Shown piece by piece: positions 17,464 to 26,795 of a stretch of DNA of 39,676 nt. The notes under the pieces are model-generated. The model was not told the origin of the DNA, made no database searches, and saw only the letters and a list, made by a program, of their open reading frames with translations. Origin of the DNA: Candidatus Nomurabacteria bacterium (GTDB lineage: Bacteria > Patescibacteriota > Minisyncoccia > Phycocordibacterales > UBA9973); assembly GCA_023267435.1 (NCBI GenBank), contig JAHFNH010000006.1, positions 1 to 39,676 on the forward strand, in the 5' to 3' direction. The translations under genes and the position numbers were made by a program. Positions within the stretch are counted from its first letter, which is position 1; every line of letters starts with the position of its first letter.

Positions 17464-18030
17464 ATGTCTATTAGCTTAACAGCAATATCTTTATGGATAA
17501 TCCGTTATGGATATTTGATTATTTTACCTATTTCAATTATCGAGGGTCCGATTATTACAGTAATTGCGGCCTTTTTGGCTCATCAGGGGTATTTTAATAT
17601 TTTCATTGTGTACTTTGTGGTAGTTTTGGGTGATTTGATTGGAGATCTTTTATTTTATTTTATAGGTCATTTTGGAAAAAAACTTTCCAATACTGCCTTG
17701 GGTCGTTTTTTTGGTCTGACGGACGAACGCATAAAGAAATTGTCGGAACATTTTGATGTTCATAGCGGCAAGACTATTTTTTGGGGTAAATTAACTCATT
17801 CGATGGGATGGGCTGTTCTTCCCGCTGCGGGATTAGCAAAAATGCCAATAGGAAGATTTTTATGGTTTAATCTGCTTGGTACACTTCCGAAGTCTCTTAT
17901 TTTTTTGCTCATTGGATATTATCTGGGATATGCGTATCAAAGTATCGATTCATATATAAGCAAAATAGCGTTGGCACTTTTTATTGTTTTAGCTGCTGCG
18001 ATTTTCTTTTACTTTAAAAAGAAGAAATAG
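17464..18030 (+). CDS. DedA/VTT family membrane protein
   Basis: YGYL..IEGP, GDLIGD..FYFIG, AAGLAKMP..RFLWFN. Confidence 0.88.
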   Translation: MSISLTAISLWIIRYGYLIILPISIIEGPIITVIAAFLAHQGYFNIFIVYFVVVLGDLIGDLLFYFIGHFGKKLSNTALGRFFGLTDERIKKLSEHFDVHSGKTIFWGKLTHSMGWAVLPAAGLAKMPIGRFLWFNLLGTLPKSLIFLLIGYYLGYAYQSIDSYISKIALALFIVLAAAIFFYFKKKK

Positions 18031-18053
18031 TGTTATAATATCGGTAAATATTT

Positions 18054-18692
18054 ATGGAAAATATAATCAAAGGTTACAAACTGCATTTCAAAAATAGAGG
18101 ATTTGTCATCTCTGTGGTTTTTGCTATGGCAATGCTTGTTGTTAGTTTGTTTGTAAATTTTTATGCCGGTATGTATGCGACCAATAGGGCAAGTAATGCC
18201 GTATCGGATATTATTTTGAGTAATATTAGAACTTTCGACGTTGACGGATTATTTGTTTATGGTGGATTCTCCCTTTTTATTTTTATCGTTATTCTTTGCC
18301 TCGTTAATCCAAAAAAAATTCCTTTCACTGTAAAATCAATCAGCTTATTTATTGTAATTCGTTCAATTTTTATTTCTCTCACTCATTTGGGTCCGTTTCC
18401 GACACAAGCCCTCGTCCCTGCAGAAAATATTATAAGCTATGTCAGTTTTACTGGTGACTTGTTTTTTTCAGGCCACACCGGTTTGCCATTTTTAATGGCT
18501 CTTATTTATTGGGATAATAAATTTATTCGTTATTTATTTTTTGCCTTATCTTTATTTTTTGGTGTTGTGGTTTTGCTCGGTCATTTGCATTACTCGATCG
18601 ATGTTCTTTCCGCATTTTTCATAACTTATACTATTTATCATATTTCAGAAACAATTTTTAAAAAAGATTATAAAATTTCCGTGCAAAATTAA
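18054..18692 (+). CDS. Sphingomyelin-synthase-like (PAP2_C) membrane phosphotransferase
   Basis: GDLFFSGHTG and HLHYSIDV match the SMS-family D3/D4 motifs; RSIFISLTHLGP; about six TMs. Confidence 0.78.
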   Translation: MENIIKGYKLHFKNRGFVISVVFAMAMLVVSLFVNFYAGMYATNRASNAVSDIILSNIRTFDVDGLFVYGGFSLFIFIVILCLVNPKKIPFTVKSISLFIVIRSIFISLTHLGPFPTQALVPAENIISYVSFTGDLFFSGHTGLPFLMALIYWDNKFIRYLFFALSLFFGVVVLLGHLHYSIDVLSAFFITYTIYHISETIFKKDYKISVQN

Positions 18693-18700
18693 TATCAAAT

Positions 18701-18883
18701 ATGGGACATATACTAGAGTCAATTTTATACGCAATAGTTTTCTTGCCGACAATGCTCATTTTGGCGGGATTGAAGAAGGTTTCAGAATTTTTCCAAAAAA
18801 GGGGAGAGGCAGGTAAAGTTATCGGATTTATTGTTTATGTAATAAGTTTGCCATTTGATTTTATAATCAAGCGATTTAAATAA
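18701..18883 (+). CDS. Small membrane protein (60 aa)
   Basis: Two hydrophobic segments, operon-like spacing. Confidence 0.55.
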   Translation: MGHILESILYAIVFLPTMLILAGLKKVSEFFQKRGEAGKVIGFIVYVISLPFDFIIKRFK

Positions 18884-18969
18884 TCAAATAATTATAGTTA
18901 TTTTAGCAGATAGATTTTGGACGCATAAATTGCTATACTAGGGACTAATTTAATAATTAATATATACAT

Positions 18970-19350
18970 ATGGAATCTGTTAGAGAAAAAAAAGCTTGGG
19001 CGACAGTTATGAAAGGGAAGAGGTTTTTAGATGCCTTCAGGGGTATTCGGATTGTAGTAGCTACGACCAGCCATTTCGTTGTGCATTTATTTTTTGCAAT
19101 ACTCTCTATTGTTTTAGGTTTTTATCTAAATATTTCTGAAATGGAATGGATTGCTATAATTTTTGCGATTGGTTTTGTCATAGCTGCAGAAGCCTTCAAT
19201 ACTGCGATTGAAATAGATATAGATCTAACTTCGCCCGAATATCACCCATACGCTCGAGACACCAAAGATGTTGCTGCCGGAGCGGTACTTATTGCCACAT
19301 TCACTGCAATAATTATCGGATTGATAATTTTTATTCCTAAGGTTTTTTAG
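18970..19350 (+). CDS. dgkA: Diacylglycerol/undecaprenol kinase (DgkA family)
   Basis: F.DAFRGI, EAFNTAIE..ID, KDVAAGAVL. Confidence 0.85.
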   Translation: MESVREKKAWATVMKGKRFLDAFRGIRIVVATTSHFVVHLFFAILSIVLGFYLNISEMEWIAIIFAIGFVIAAEAFNTAIEIDIDLTSPEYHPYARDTKDVAAGAVLIATFTAIIIGLIIFIPKVF

Positions 19351-19365
19351 TGTATAATTAAAGTT

Positions 19366-19749
19366 ATGAAACAATCAATATTATTTTTTAGTTTAGTCAC
19401 AGTTTTAGTTTTAGGCGGTATTTTTACTTTTATTTTTAAAAGTACACCCGGAAGTGTGCCAGGTAAATATGATACTTTTGCTACTTGTTTGAAAGATAAA
19501 GGTGCAACATTTTACGGCGCTTTCTGGTGCCCTCATTGTAAAGCGCAAAAAGAACTTTTTGGTCCTTCAGTAAAATTATTACCTTACGTTGAGTGTTCTA
19601 CTCCAGATGCATCAGCTCAGACACAGATTTGTAAAGATAAAAAAATAACTGGTTATCCGACTTGGGAGTTTGCTGATGGTACCCGTTCGGAAGGGGAAGT
19701 TTCACTTGAAAAATTGGCTGAGAAAACCAGTTGTGTTTTGCCTCAATAA
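19366..19749 (+). CDS. Membrane-anchored thioredoxin-like protein (VKOR-associated Trx type)
   Basis: FYGAFWCPHC..QK.LFG, YVEC, GYPTW. Confidence 0.85.
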   Translation: MKQSILFFSLVTVLVLGGIFTFIFKSTPGSVPGKYDTFATCLKDKGATFYGAFWCPHCKAQKELFGPSVKLLPYVECSTPDASAQTQICKDKKITGYPTWEFADGTRSEGEVSLEKLAEKTSCVLPQ

Positions 19750-19755
19750 TTATTT

Positions 19756-20307
19756 ATGCCAGACTGGATTCATATTTTTAATTTAACATTGGGAATACTA
19801 GCTGTAGTATTGCAGGTTATTTCTGTGGCGGTATTAATTTTGCTTATCTTTGCACCGAAAGAAAATGAAGTTGTTTTGTTTATTAAAAAACATTTCTTGT
19901 TTTTTGGTTTCTTGACGTCTCTCTTTGTTGTATTACTTTCTCTTTTTTATTCTGAATTTCTACACTATGCTCCATGTTTCTTGTGTTGGCTGCAACGTAT
20001 TTTTATGTTTCCACAGGTAATTCTTCTTGGCATAGCTTATTTTAAAGACGATCGGAAGATTGTTATTTATTCCTTTCCACTTCTTCTAATTGGTTTTTTG
20101 ATTGCCGCTTATCACGAATACATTTACATTTTTAGCGAAGGTGCTGGACCATGCGATGCTTCCGGTGTTTCTTGTGTTCATCGTTTAGTGTCCGAAATTG
20201 GCGGTTACATTTCTATTCCAATGCTTTCACTTACAAGTTTCGCAGCCTTAATGGCAATACTCCTTGTTGGTCACTATGGAGGAAGAAGTTTTAGAAATAG
20301 TTTATAA
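19756..20307 (+). CDS. dsbB: Disulfide bond formation protein, DsbB/BdbC family
   Basis: PCFLCWLQRIFMFP, second Cys pair (CDASGVSC), ISIPMLSL. Confidence 0.88.
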   Translation: MPDWIHIFNLTLGILAVVLQVISVAVLILLIFAPKENEVVLFIKKHFLFFGFLTSLFVVLLSLFYSEFLHYAPCFLCWLQRIFMFPQVILLGIAYFKDDRKIVIYSFPLLLIGFLIAAYHEYIYIFSEGAGPCDASGVSCVHRLVSEIGGYISIPMLSLTSFAALMAILLVGHYGGRSFRNSL

Positions 20308-20333
20308 TTTTTATTAGCTAATTAAATTTATTT

Positions 20334-20900
20334 ATGGATATACAATCTTGTACTATTGAAGAATCTCCAATTACTCACTTTTTATTTTCGAATCCAAAAA
20401 TGGCTTGGTTTTGGCTTATTGTTCGTGTTTATGTAGGCTGGTCATGGCTGGAAGCGGGCTGGGGTAAATTAGGCAGTCCTATGTGGACAGGTGATCAAGC
20501 AGGCGGAGCGTTGAGCGGCTTTATTCAAGGAGCTTTACAAAAGACAGCTGGTGCTCATCCAGATGTTCAAGGTTGGTATGCTTCATTTTTACAAAATGTC
20601 GTGCTTCCTCATGCTAGCTTTTGGTCACACTTGGTTACATATGGAGAAATATTAGTTGGTGTCGCTTTAATACTAGGTATTTTTACAGGTATCGCTTCTT
20701 TCTTTGGTTTATTTATGAATTTCAGTTATCTTTTAGCTGGTACAGTAAGTACTAATCCCATCTTATTTATCTTGGGCTTAGGTCTAGTTATGGCTTGGAG
20801 AATTGCCGGACAATTTGGCCTCGATTATTTTGTTTTGCCATGCGTGGGTACTCCTTGGTTTAAGGGAAGTCTTTTTAAGAAAAAAGAATCGACAGCTTAA
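20334..20900 (+). CDS. DoxX/DoxD-like membrane protein
   Basis: VRVYVGWSWLEAGWGKL, GEILVGVALILG, LAGTVSTNP. Confidence 0.85.
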   Translation: MDIQSCTIEESPITHFLFSNPKMAWFWLIVRVYVGWSWLEAGWGKLGSPMWTGDQAGGALSGFIQGALQKTAGAHPDVQGWYASFLQNVVLPHASFWSHLVTYGEILVGVALILGIFTGIASFFGLFMNFSYLLAGTVSTNPILFILGLGLVMAWRIAGQFGLDYFVLPCVGTPWFKGSLFKKKESTA

Positions 20901-20927
20901 CAATTTCTCAATAAAAAAGTTATTCAC

Positions 20928-20956
20928 TTGACTGATACCCCCAGGGGGTATATACT
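20928..20956 (+). promoter_or_regulatory. csoR-copA promoter with CsoR operator
   Basis: TTGACT-17 nt-TATACT. The palindrome ATACCCCC-A-GGGGGTAT (20935-20951) fills the spacer. Confidence 0.88.
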
Positions 20957-20962
20957 TGGCGT

Positions 20963-21226
20963 ATGCAAAATAACAAGCAAAAACTCGTACGCAGATTAAA
21001 AATTATTGAAGGGCAGGTGAGGGGATTGATAAATATGATCGAAGACGGAAAATATTGCATTGATATTATTACTCAGACTTCTGCTATTAAACAAGGTCTT
21101 TCAGGAGTAGAAGATTCTCTTTTAGAAGATCATCTGGGATGTTGCGCTGTGAATCAAATAAAAAAAGGTCAGACTGAAAAAGCAATAAAAGAAATATTAA
21201 AAGTTTATCAGCTAAAAAGAAAGTAA
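20963..21226 (+). CDS. csoR: Copper-sensing repressor, CsoR/RcnR family
   Basis: RRLKIIEGQVRGL..MIE..KYCIDIITQ..A, H...C ligands. Confidence 0.92.
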   Translation: MQNNKQKLVRRLKIIEGQVRGLINMIEDGKYCIDIITQTSAIKQGLSGVEDSLLEDHLGCCAVNQIKKGQTEKAIKEILKVYQLKRK

Positions 21227-21323
21227 TTATAAATATTTTATATATTTAAAGATTTAAAAATTCTGAAGTTCTCAGCTCGACAGCTTCGAAACCCCCTTTA
21301 AAAACATAAAATATTAAAAATTT

Positions 21324-23606
21324 ATGAAAAAAGACACATACAAAATAAAAGGAATGCATTGCGCTTCGTGTGCTGGGATTATTGAAAAGACTTTCAAGAA
21401 AACAGAAGGAGTAAGTTTAGCTGAAGCAAACTATGGCACTGAATCTGTGAAAATTTCTTTCGATGAAACAAAAACAAATCCTGAAAATCTTTCTAAGAAA
21501 ATTGAACCATTAGGTTATTCTCTTGTTACTGAAACTGCGGAAAGTATGGGTATGTCTGCAGAAGAACATGCTGCGCATACGGGCATCGGGCAATCAAAAA
21601 AAGAAAAGCTTGCTGAGATTTTAGCAATGAGAAACACTGTCATGTCAGCCATTCCTTTGGCTGTTATCAGCGTTTTTGTAATGGGCTGGGAAATTCTTTC
21701 TAAATATGGAGTTGTCGGAGGTATGGGTGATGTTTCAAAAGAATTTTTTCATCACTTGATGCCACTTTTGGCGACTTATGTATTGTTTGTCGTAGGAAAA
21801 CCTTATCTATTAGGCGTAGTTAGATTTTTACGCTACGGCAAGGCAAATATGGATACTTTGATCGGTATTGGTACATCGGTGGCTTTTATTTATAGTTTTA
21901 TTGTGAGCGCATTTGAAGAAACTTGGCTGAAAAATTTTCCAAATGTCGGAGTGACTTATTTTGATGTTACGATTATTGTTATTACTTTTATCGCTCTTGG
22001 AAAATATTTGGAAGCAAAGTCAAAATTAAAAACAGGTGATGCGATTGAAAAACTTTTGGGCCTGCAAGCGAAAACTGCTCTTGTAATACGCGATGGTAAG
22101 GAAGTAAAAATTTCCATAAATGAAGTGATTCACGGTGATTTTATTATTATCAAGCCGGGAGCGAAAATTCCTGTTGATGGCATAGTGACAGAAGGCGAAT
22201 CATACATAGACGAATCAATGATCAGTGGAGAACCGATGCCAGTTCATAAAAAAACAGGTGACGCCGTTTCAGCTGGTACAATAAACACAAATGGAACTTT
22301 TAATTTTAAAGCGACAAAGGTTGGTGCAGAAACATTACTGGCGCATATTATTAAAATGGTGGAAGACGCGCAGGGAAGCAAGGCGCCGATTCAAGCTTTG
22401 GCAGATAAAATTTCTAGTATCTTTGTACCAATTGTTTTAGTTATTTCTTTTCTCACATTAGGACTTTGGCTTTTATTTGGATCAGGCCCACTTGGTTTTT
22501 CACAAGCATTTTCGTATGGTTTAGTTTCGTTTGTCGGTGTATTGGTAATAGCTTGTCCGTGTGCTTTAGGACTCGCTACTCCGACAGCGATTATTGTCGG
22601 TGTTGGTAAAGGAGCGCGAGAAGGCATTTTAATAAAAGATGCGGCGACACTAGAAAAACTGCATCAAGTAAACGTGGTGGTGATTGATAAAACTGGGACG
22701 ATTACAAAAGGTAAACCGGAAATTGTAGATATTAAAGATTTAGATGAATCAATGATGTCTGTTCTGATCTCATTAGAAAATAAATCAGAACATCCTATTG
22801 CTCATGCCATTGTGACTTATGGTAAAGAAAAAAATCTTCCAAGTCAAAATGTTTCGAATTTTGAAATTATTAAAGGAAAAGGTTTAAAAGGTGTGGTGAA
22901 CGGTATAGAGTATTTTGCTGGTAATACTAAACTTGTTGAAGATCTTAAAATTACTTTTGATCGAAACATTATTGAACAATATACAGCTCAAGGTAAAACT
23001 CCAGTAATTCTTGCTTCAACAGAAAAAGTTCTTGGCTTTGTGATGGTTGCAGATGAGATAAAACCGGAATCACAAAAAGCAGTGAAAGATCTTCATGCTT
23101 TAGGTATAAAAGTGATAATGCTGACGGGTGATGAAAAGAAGACCGCTCAGTATATAGCTGACTTGGTGGGTATTGATGAAGTTGTACCGCATGCTCTGCC
23201 GGAAGATAAAATTAATAAAGTGAAAGCTTTACAGGCTGAAGGTAAAATCGTCGCGATGGCAGGGGATGGTATTAATGATGCTCCGGCTTTAGCTCAAGCG
23301 GATGTGAGTATTGCCATGGGTACTGGCACGGATGTGGCGATTGAAACGGCTGGTATTACTTTACTTAATGGTGATATTTCCAAATTAGTTAAGGCAATTA
23401 AATTATCAAAAATAACAATGAGAGGAATAAAGCAAAATCTTTTCTGGGCATTCTTTTACAATATTATCGGTATTCCTTTAGCATCTGGTTTATTTTTCCC
23501 GATTTTCGGTTGGCTCTTGAGTCCAGTCTTTGCTGGTTTTGCTATGGCGATGTCGAGTGTGTCAGTCGTGTCGAATTCATTAAGAATTAAAGCTAAAAAA
23601 TTATAA
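21324..23606 (+). CDS. copA: Copper-translocating P1B-type ATPase
   Basis: GMHCASC HMA domain, SGE, CPCALGLATP, DKTGT, SEHP, GDGINDAPAL, YN and MAMSS (Cu(I) P1B-1 signature). Confidence 0.95.
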   Translation: MKKDTYKIKGMHCASCAGIIEKTFKKTEGVSLAEANYGTESVKISFDETKTNPENLSKKIEPLGYSLVTETAESMGMSAEEHAAHTGIGQSKKEKLAEILAMRNTVMSAIPLAVISVFVMGWEILSKYGVVGGMGDVSKEFFHHLMPLLATYVLFVVGKPYLLGVVRFLRYGKANMDTLIGIGTSVAFIYSFIVSAFEETWLKNFPNVGVTYFDVTIIVITFIALGKYLEAKSKLKTGDAIEKLLGLQAKTALVIRDGKEVKISINEVIHGDFIIIKPGAKIPVDGIVTEGESYIDESMISGEPMPVHKKTGDAVSAGTINTNGTFNFKATKVGAETLLAHIIKMVEDAQGSKAPIQALADKISSIFVPIVLVISFLTLGLWLLFGSGPLGFSQAFSYGLVSFVGVLVIACPCALGLATPTAIIVGVGKGAREGILIKDAATLEKLHQVNVVVIDKTGTITKGKPEIVDIKDLDESMMSVLISLENKSEHPIAHAIVTYGKEKNLPSQNVSNFEIIKGKGLKGVVNGIEYFAGNTKLVEDLKITFDRNIIEQYTAQGKTPVILASTEKVLGFVMVADEIKPESQKAVKDLHALGIKVIMLTGDEKKTAQYIADLVGIDEVVPHALPEDKINKVKALQAEGKIVAMAGDGINDAPALAQADVSIAMGTGTDVAIETAGITLLNGDISKLVKAIKLSKITMRGIKQNLFWAFFYNIIGIPLASGLFFPIFGWLLSPVFAGFAMAMSSVSVVSNSLRIKAKKL

Positions 23607-23607
23607 T

Positions 23608-24627
23608 ATGCAAAAATATAAATTTCATGTTCAGGGTATGCATTGCAAGGCTTGTGTGATGATGACCGAGAGCGAGATTGCTGAGCTTGTGGGTGTAAGT
23701 TTTGTTAAAACAAACCTTAGTAATCATTCGATGGAAGTGGAAGGTGATTTTGGTGACAAAACTGTAGAAGAAATTATAAAAGAATTTAATGGTGCTTTGA
23801 ATAAACACGGATACAGAGTGTCACAAGAGAAAGAAGAAAAGAAAATAAATTGGAGTGAATTTAAAATTGCTATTCCAGTCACGATAGCTTTTGTTGCATT
23901 CTATATACTTTTGCAAAAGATTGGCTTGGTGAATTTGATTAATGTTTCAAAAGTGACTTATGGCACAGCTTTTGTCGTCGGCATTATCGCTTCGCTTTCG
24001 ACCTGTATGGCTGTCGTCGGAGGATTGGTCCTTTCCATGTCAGCTTCCTTTGCGAAGGAAGGCGACAAAGTTCGTCCACAGATTATGTTTCATATTGGAA
24101 GAATACTTTCTTTTTTTGTTTTGGGTGGAGTGATCGGTCTGCTCGGAGCATCTTTTCAATTAAACACTTTTGGAACTTTTATTTTAAGTTTCATTATTGC
24201 TTTAGTGATGTTGATACTAGGTATTAACCTACTAGATGTTTTTCCTTGGGCGAAAAAATTACAGCCAGGTATGCCGAAGTTCTTATCCAAACATGCATTA
24301 GGTGTTTCAAAATTAAATCACAGTCTGACTCCGCTTCTAGTTGGTGTGGCGACATTTTTCTTACCATGTGGTTTTACTCAATCAATGCAGATTTATTCTC
24401 TTTCGACTGGTAGTTTTATGCAAGGTGCATTAACAATGCTTTCATTCGCATTGGGCACGCTTCCAGTTTTAGGTCTGCTTTCTTTCAGTTCTTTCTCAAT
24501 TCAGAAGAGTTCCAAGTCGGGAATTTTCTTCAAATCTGCTGGATTGATTGTAATTCTTTTTGCATTATTTAACCTTATCAATGCGTTGGTGGTAATAGAT
24601 GTCTTGCCTCCAATTTTTAACTTCTAG
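23608..24627 (+). CDS. HMA domain plus DsbD_2/TauE-like transmembrane protein
   Basis: GMHCKAC, STCMAVVGG, FHIGRILSF, LPCGFTQ, FALGTLP. Confidence 0.85.
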   Translation: MQKYKFHVQGMHCKACVMMTESEIAELVGVSFVKTNLSNHSMEVEGDFGDKTVEEIIKEFNGALNKHGYRVSQEKEEKKINWSEFKIAIPVTIAFVAFYILLQKIGLVNLINVSKVTYGTAFVVGIIASLSTCMAVVGGLVLSMSASFAKEGDKVRPQIMFHIGRILSFFVLGGVIGLLGASFQLNTFGTFILSFIIALVMLILGINLLDVFPWAKKLQPGMPKFLSKHALGVSKLNHSLTPLLVGVATFFLPCGFTQSMQIYSLSTGSFMQGALTMLSFALGTLPVLGLLSFSSFSIQKSSKSGIFFKSAGLIVILFALFNLINALVVIDVLPPIFNF

Positions 24628-24636
24628 TATGATACA

Positions 24637-25086
24637 ATGAAAAATATGAAATCAAACGTAAAACAAAATACAAATTCAAATACATTGATAATTGTCGTGG
24701 CTATCATTATTGCTAGTCTTATTATCGGTAGTGCTATTTATTTTTCCGGATCAAAACAAAGATCAGAGCAGGGTGTGGAGGAAGAAAATGTCGTAAATGC
24801 AAATAATGTTTCCATAGTGGACGGCAAGCAGATTATTGAAATTACTGCCAAGGGTGGATATCGCCCAGCGCATAGTGTTGCGAAAGCAGGGATTCCAACC
24901 ATTCTTCGTTTGAACACAAATGGCACTTTCGACTGTACTTCCATTGTGCGTATTCCTAGTTTAAATATCAGTCAGAACCTACCTATTTCTGGAAGTACTG
25001 ACATAAGTCTTGGAACACAAAAAGCCACAGTTCTCCAAGGCACTTGCGGTATGGGTATGTATCCTTTTGATATTACTTTTCAGTAA
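24637..25086 (+). CDS. Membrane-anchored cupredoxin-domain protein (CupA-like)
   Basis: N-terminal TM, GGYRP...AKAGIP, DC, CGMGM. Confidence 0.85.
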   Translation: MKNMKSNVKQNTNSNTLIIVVAIIIASLIIGSAIYFSGSKQRSEQGVEEENVVNANNVSIVDGKQIIEITAKGGYRPAHSVAKAGIPTILRLNTNGTFDCTSIVRIPSLNISQNLPISGSTDISLGTQKATVLQGTCGMGMYPFDITFQ

Positions 25087-25168
25087 ATTGATTTTGGGTA
25101 GTTGAGTATTTACGTTATTTATGGTATTATGAATATATAATTATTAATTAATCAAATTAAATAAATTT

Positions 25169-25696
25169 ATGAAATTTGACGGAGCACCAAAACTAAATAT
25201 AACTAAAAAAGAAGAAAAAGCAGAGCCACAAAAATTAGACGACATGCTTCCTTTCTTAAAAATTTCACAGGATCAAATAAATCACAATAAGCAATTAAAA
25301 GCTGGTAATGAATTATTTTTGTCTGGTAAGTTTAATGAGGCAATAGAAGCTGCAAAAGATTTAAAAGAAGGTGGTTTTAAAAAGAAAGAATTTACAGAAG
25401 ATGAATTTGAAAAATTTAGTGAAGCTAGGGAGAATCTTGCTACACAATTAGGGTATACAGTTACTGTAAATGAAGGAAAGTGGTTTAATATTGAAAATGA
25501 AAATTGTTGGGTTTCAATGAAACATTCTATGACTCCCATTTTTAATGGGTATAAAGGCGGAAGAATCTCTGAAATCGCTATAGTGGATAAAGAAAATAAA
25601 AAGAATTTGATTGAATTTATTGGTAGTAATGTTATTGGTTTGAAAAACGAGGAGTTGAAAAAGTATTTTGATGAAATAATTAAATATTTTAATTAA
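25169..25696 (+). CDS. Hypothetical protein (175 aa)
   Basis: Long K/E-rich ORF. No motif recognised. Confidence 0.65.
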   Translation: MKFDGAPKLNITKKEEKAEPQKLDDMLPFLKISQDQINHNKQLKAGNELFLSGKFNEAIEAAKDLKEGGFKKKEFTEDEFEKFSEARENLATQLGYTVTVNEGKWFNIENENCWVSMKHSMTPIFNGYKGGRISEIAIVDKENKKNLIEFIGSNVIGLKNEELKKYFDEIIKYFN

Positions 25697-25762
25697 AAAA
25701 ACTTTCTGTGCTAAAATATAATAGGTCAAAATTATAAATTTAATTTTTTAGAATCAAGTTAT

Positions 25763-25825
25763 ATGGCAAAAGGAAATAATGCTCACAAAAAGGAAGTAAA
25801 GAAACCAAAGAAGGCAAAGAAATAA
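25763..25825 (+). CDS. Putative 20-aa lysine-rich microprotein MAKGNNAHKKEVKKPKKAKK
   Basis: ATG...TAA between an upstream AT-rich -10-like region and a strong terminator. Below the ORF-track length cutoff. Confidence 0.6.
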   Translation: MAKGNNAHKKEVKKPKKAKK

Positions 25826-25869
25826 TCTTTGAAAAGCCCCCGAGCATAGCTCGGGGGCTTTTTGTTATT
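25793..25869 (+). repeat. 77-bp direct repeat, copy 1 (3' end of microprotein gene plus terminator)
   Basis: Identical to 26662-26738. Contains AAAAGCCCCCGAGC-ATA-GCTCGGGGGCTTTT. Confidence 0.95.
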
Positions 25870-25943
25870 TTTTTATTTAATGCAATATATTAGTAAAATA
25901 ATTGGGTGTTTTGATTTAAAAAGTTTTGTGATATGCTGCAGCT

Positions 25944-26639
25944 ATGCGAAAAATTTTGGATGACATATTAAGTTATAGAGAAATGTGTGAAGCAGAAAAT
26001 CAGGAAGTTATGCAACACGGAATGAATTTTCATATGAATCATTTTTATTCTGTTGTATTAATGTCTCAAAAATCAAATGCCCCGTATTATGACAAAATTC
26101 ATAATGATGGAATAACTATAGAATATGAAGGTCATGATTTAGCAACAAATTATTCTGAAAATCCTAAAGAACAAGATCAGCCTGAAAAATTACCAAGTGG
26201 AAAATTAACACAAAATGGTTATTTCATTAAAGCAGTTAATGAATTTAAAAAAAATAAAAGTAAACCAGAGTTAGTTAAAGTTTATGAAAAAATATTACCA
26301 GGAACTTGGTCATTAAAAGGATATTTTGATTTGATTGATTATAATGTTGTTCATGATGGAAAACGTAATGTATTTAGATATATTTTAAAATTAGCTAATC
26401 GAGAAGAAAATTCTAGTACAGAAAAAGTAAAACTCGAACACACTAGATTAATTCCTTCACAGGTTAAAAGGGAAGTTTGGAAACGAGATCAAGGAAAATG
26501 TGTTTTGTGTAATGATACAAAAAACCTACATTTTGATCACGATTTACCCTTCTCAAGAGGTGGTACAAGTTTGTCGGTAAATAATGTTCGATTGCTTTGT
26601 ATGAAACATAATCTTCAAAAGTCGGATAAAATTGAATAA
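25944..26639 (+). CDS. HNH endonuclease with SRA/PUA-like N-terminal domain (putative modification-dependent restriction enzyme)
   Basis: C-terminal RDQGKCVLC...HFDH.LPFSRGG...NVRLLC..HN..KSD. N-terminal SVVL....YYD....IEYEG...DQ...N resembles SRA. Confidence 0.8.
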   Translation: MRKILDDILSYREMCEAENQEVMQHGMNFHMNHFYSVVLMSQKSNAPYYDKIHNDGITIEYEGHDLATNYSENPKEQDQPEKLPSGKLTQNGYFIKAVNEFKKNKSKPELVKVYEKILPGTWSLKGYFDLIDYNVVHDGKRNVFRYILKLANREENSSTEKVKLEHTRLIPSQVKREVWKRDQGKCVLCNDTKNLHFDHDLPFSRGGTSLSVNNVRLLCMKHNLQKSDKIE

Positions 26640-26661
26640 AAAATATCTTTATAAAAAGAAA

Positions 26662-26738
26662 GAAGTAAAGAAACCAAAGAAGGCAAAGAAATAATCTTTG
26701 AAAAGCCCCCGAGCATAGCTCGGGGGCTTTTTGTTATT
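26662..26738 (+). repeat. 77-bp direct repeat, copy 2
   Basis: Identical to 25793-25869. Confidence 0.95.
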
Positions 26739-26795
26739 ACTTGTAATTTTTGTTATAATTTAAGTATTAAAAGAATTTAATTATATGAATTAGTT

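Noticed and set aside
25793-26738. IS element or DGR template/variable repeat pair
   Set aside because: The repeats are direct and fully identical, with no adenine-specific mismatches, and no transposase or reverse transcriptase is present.
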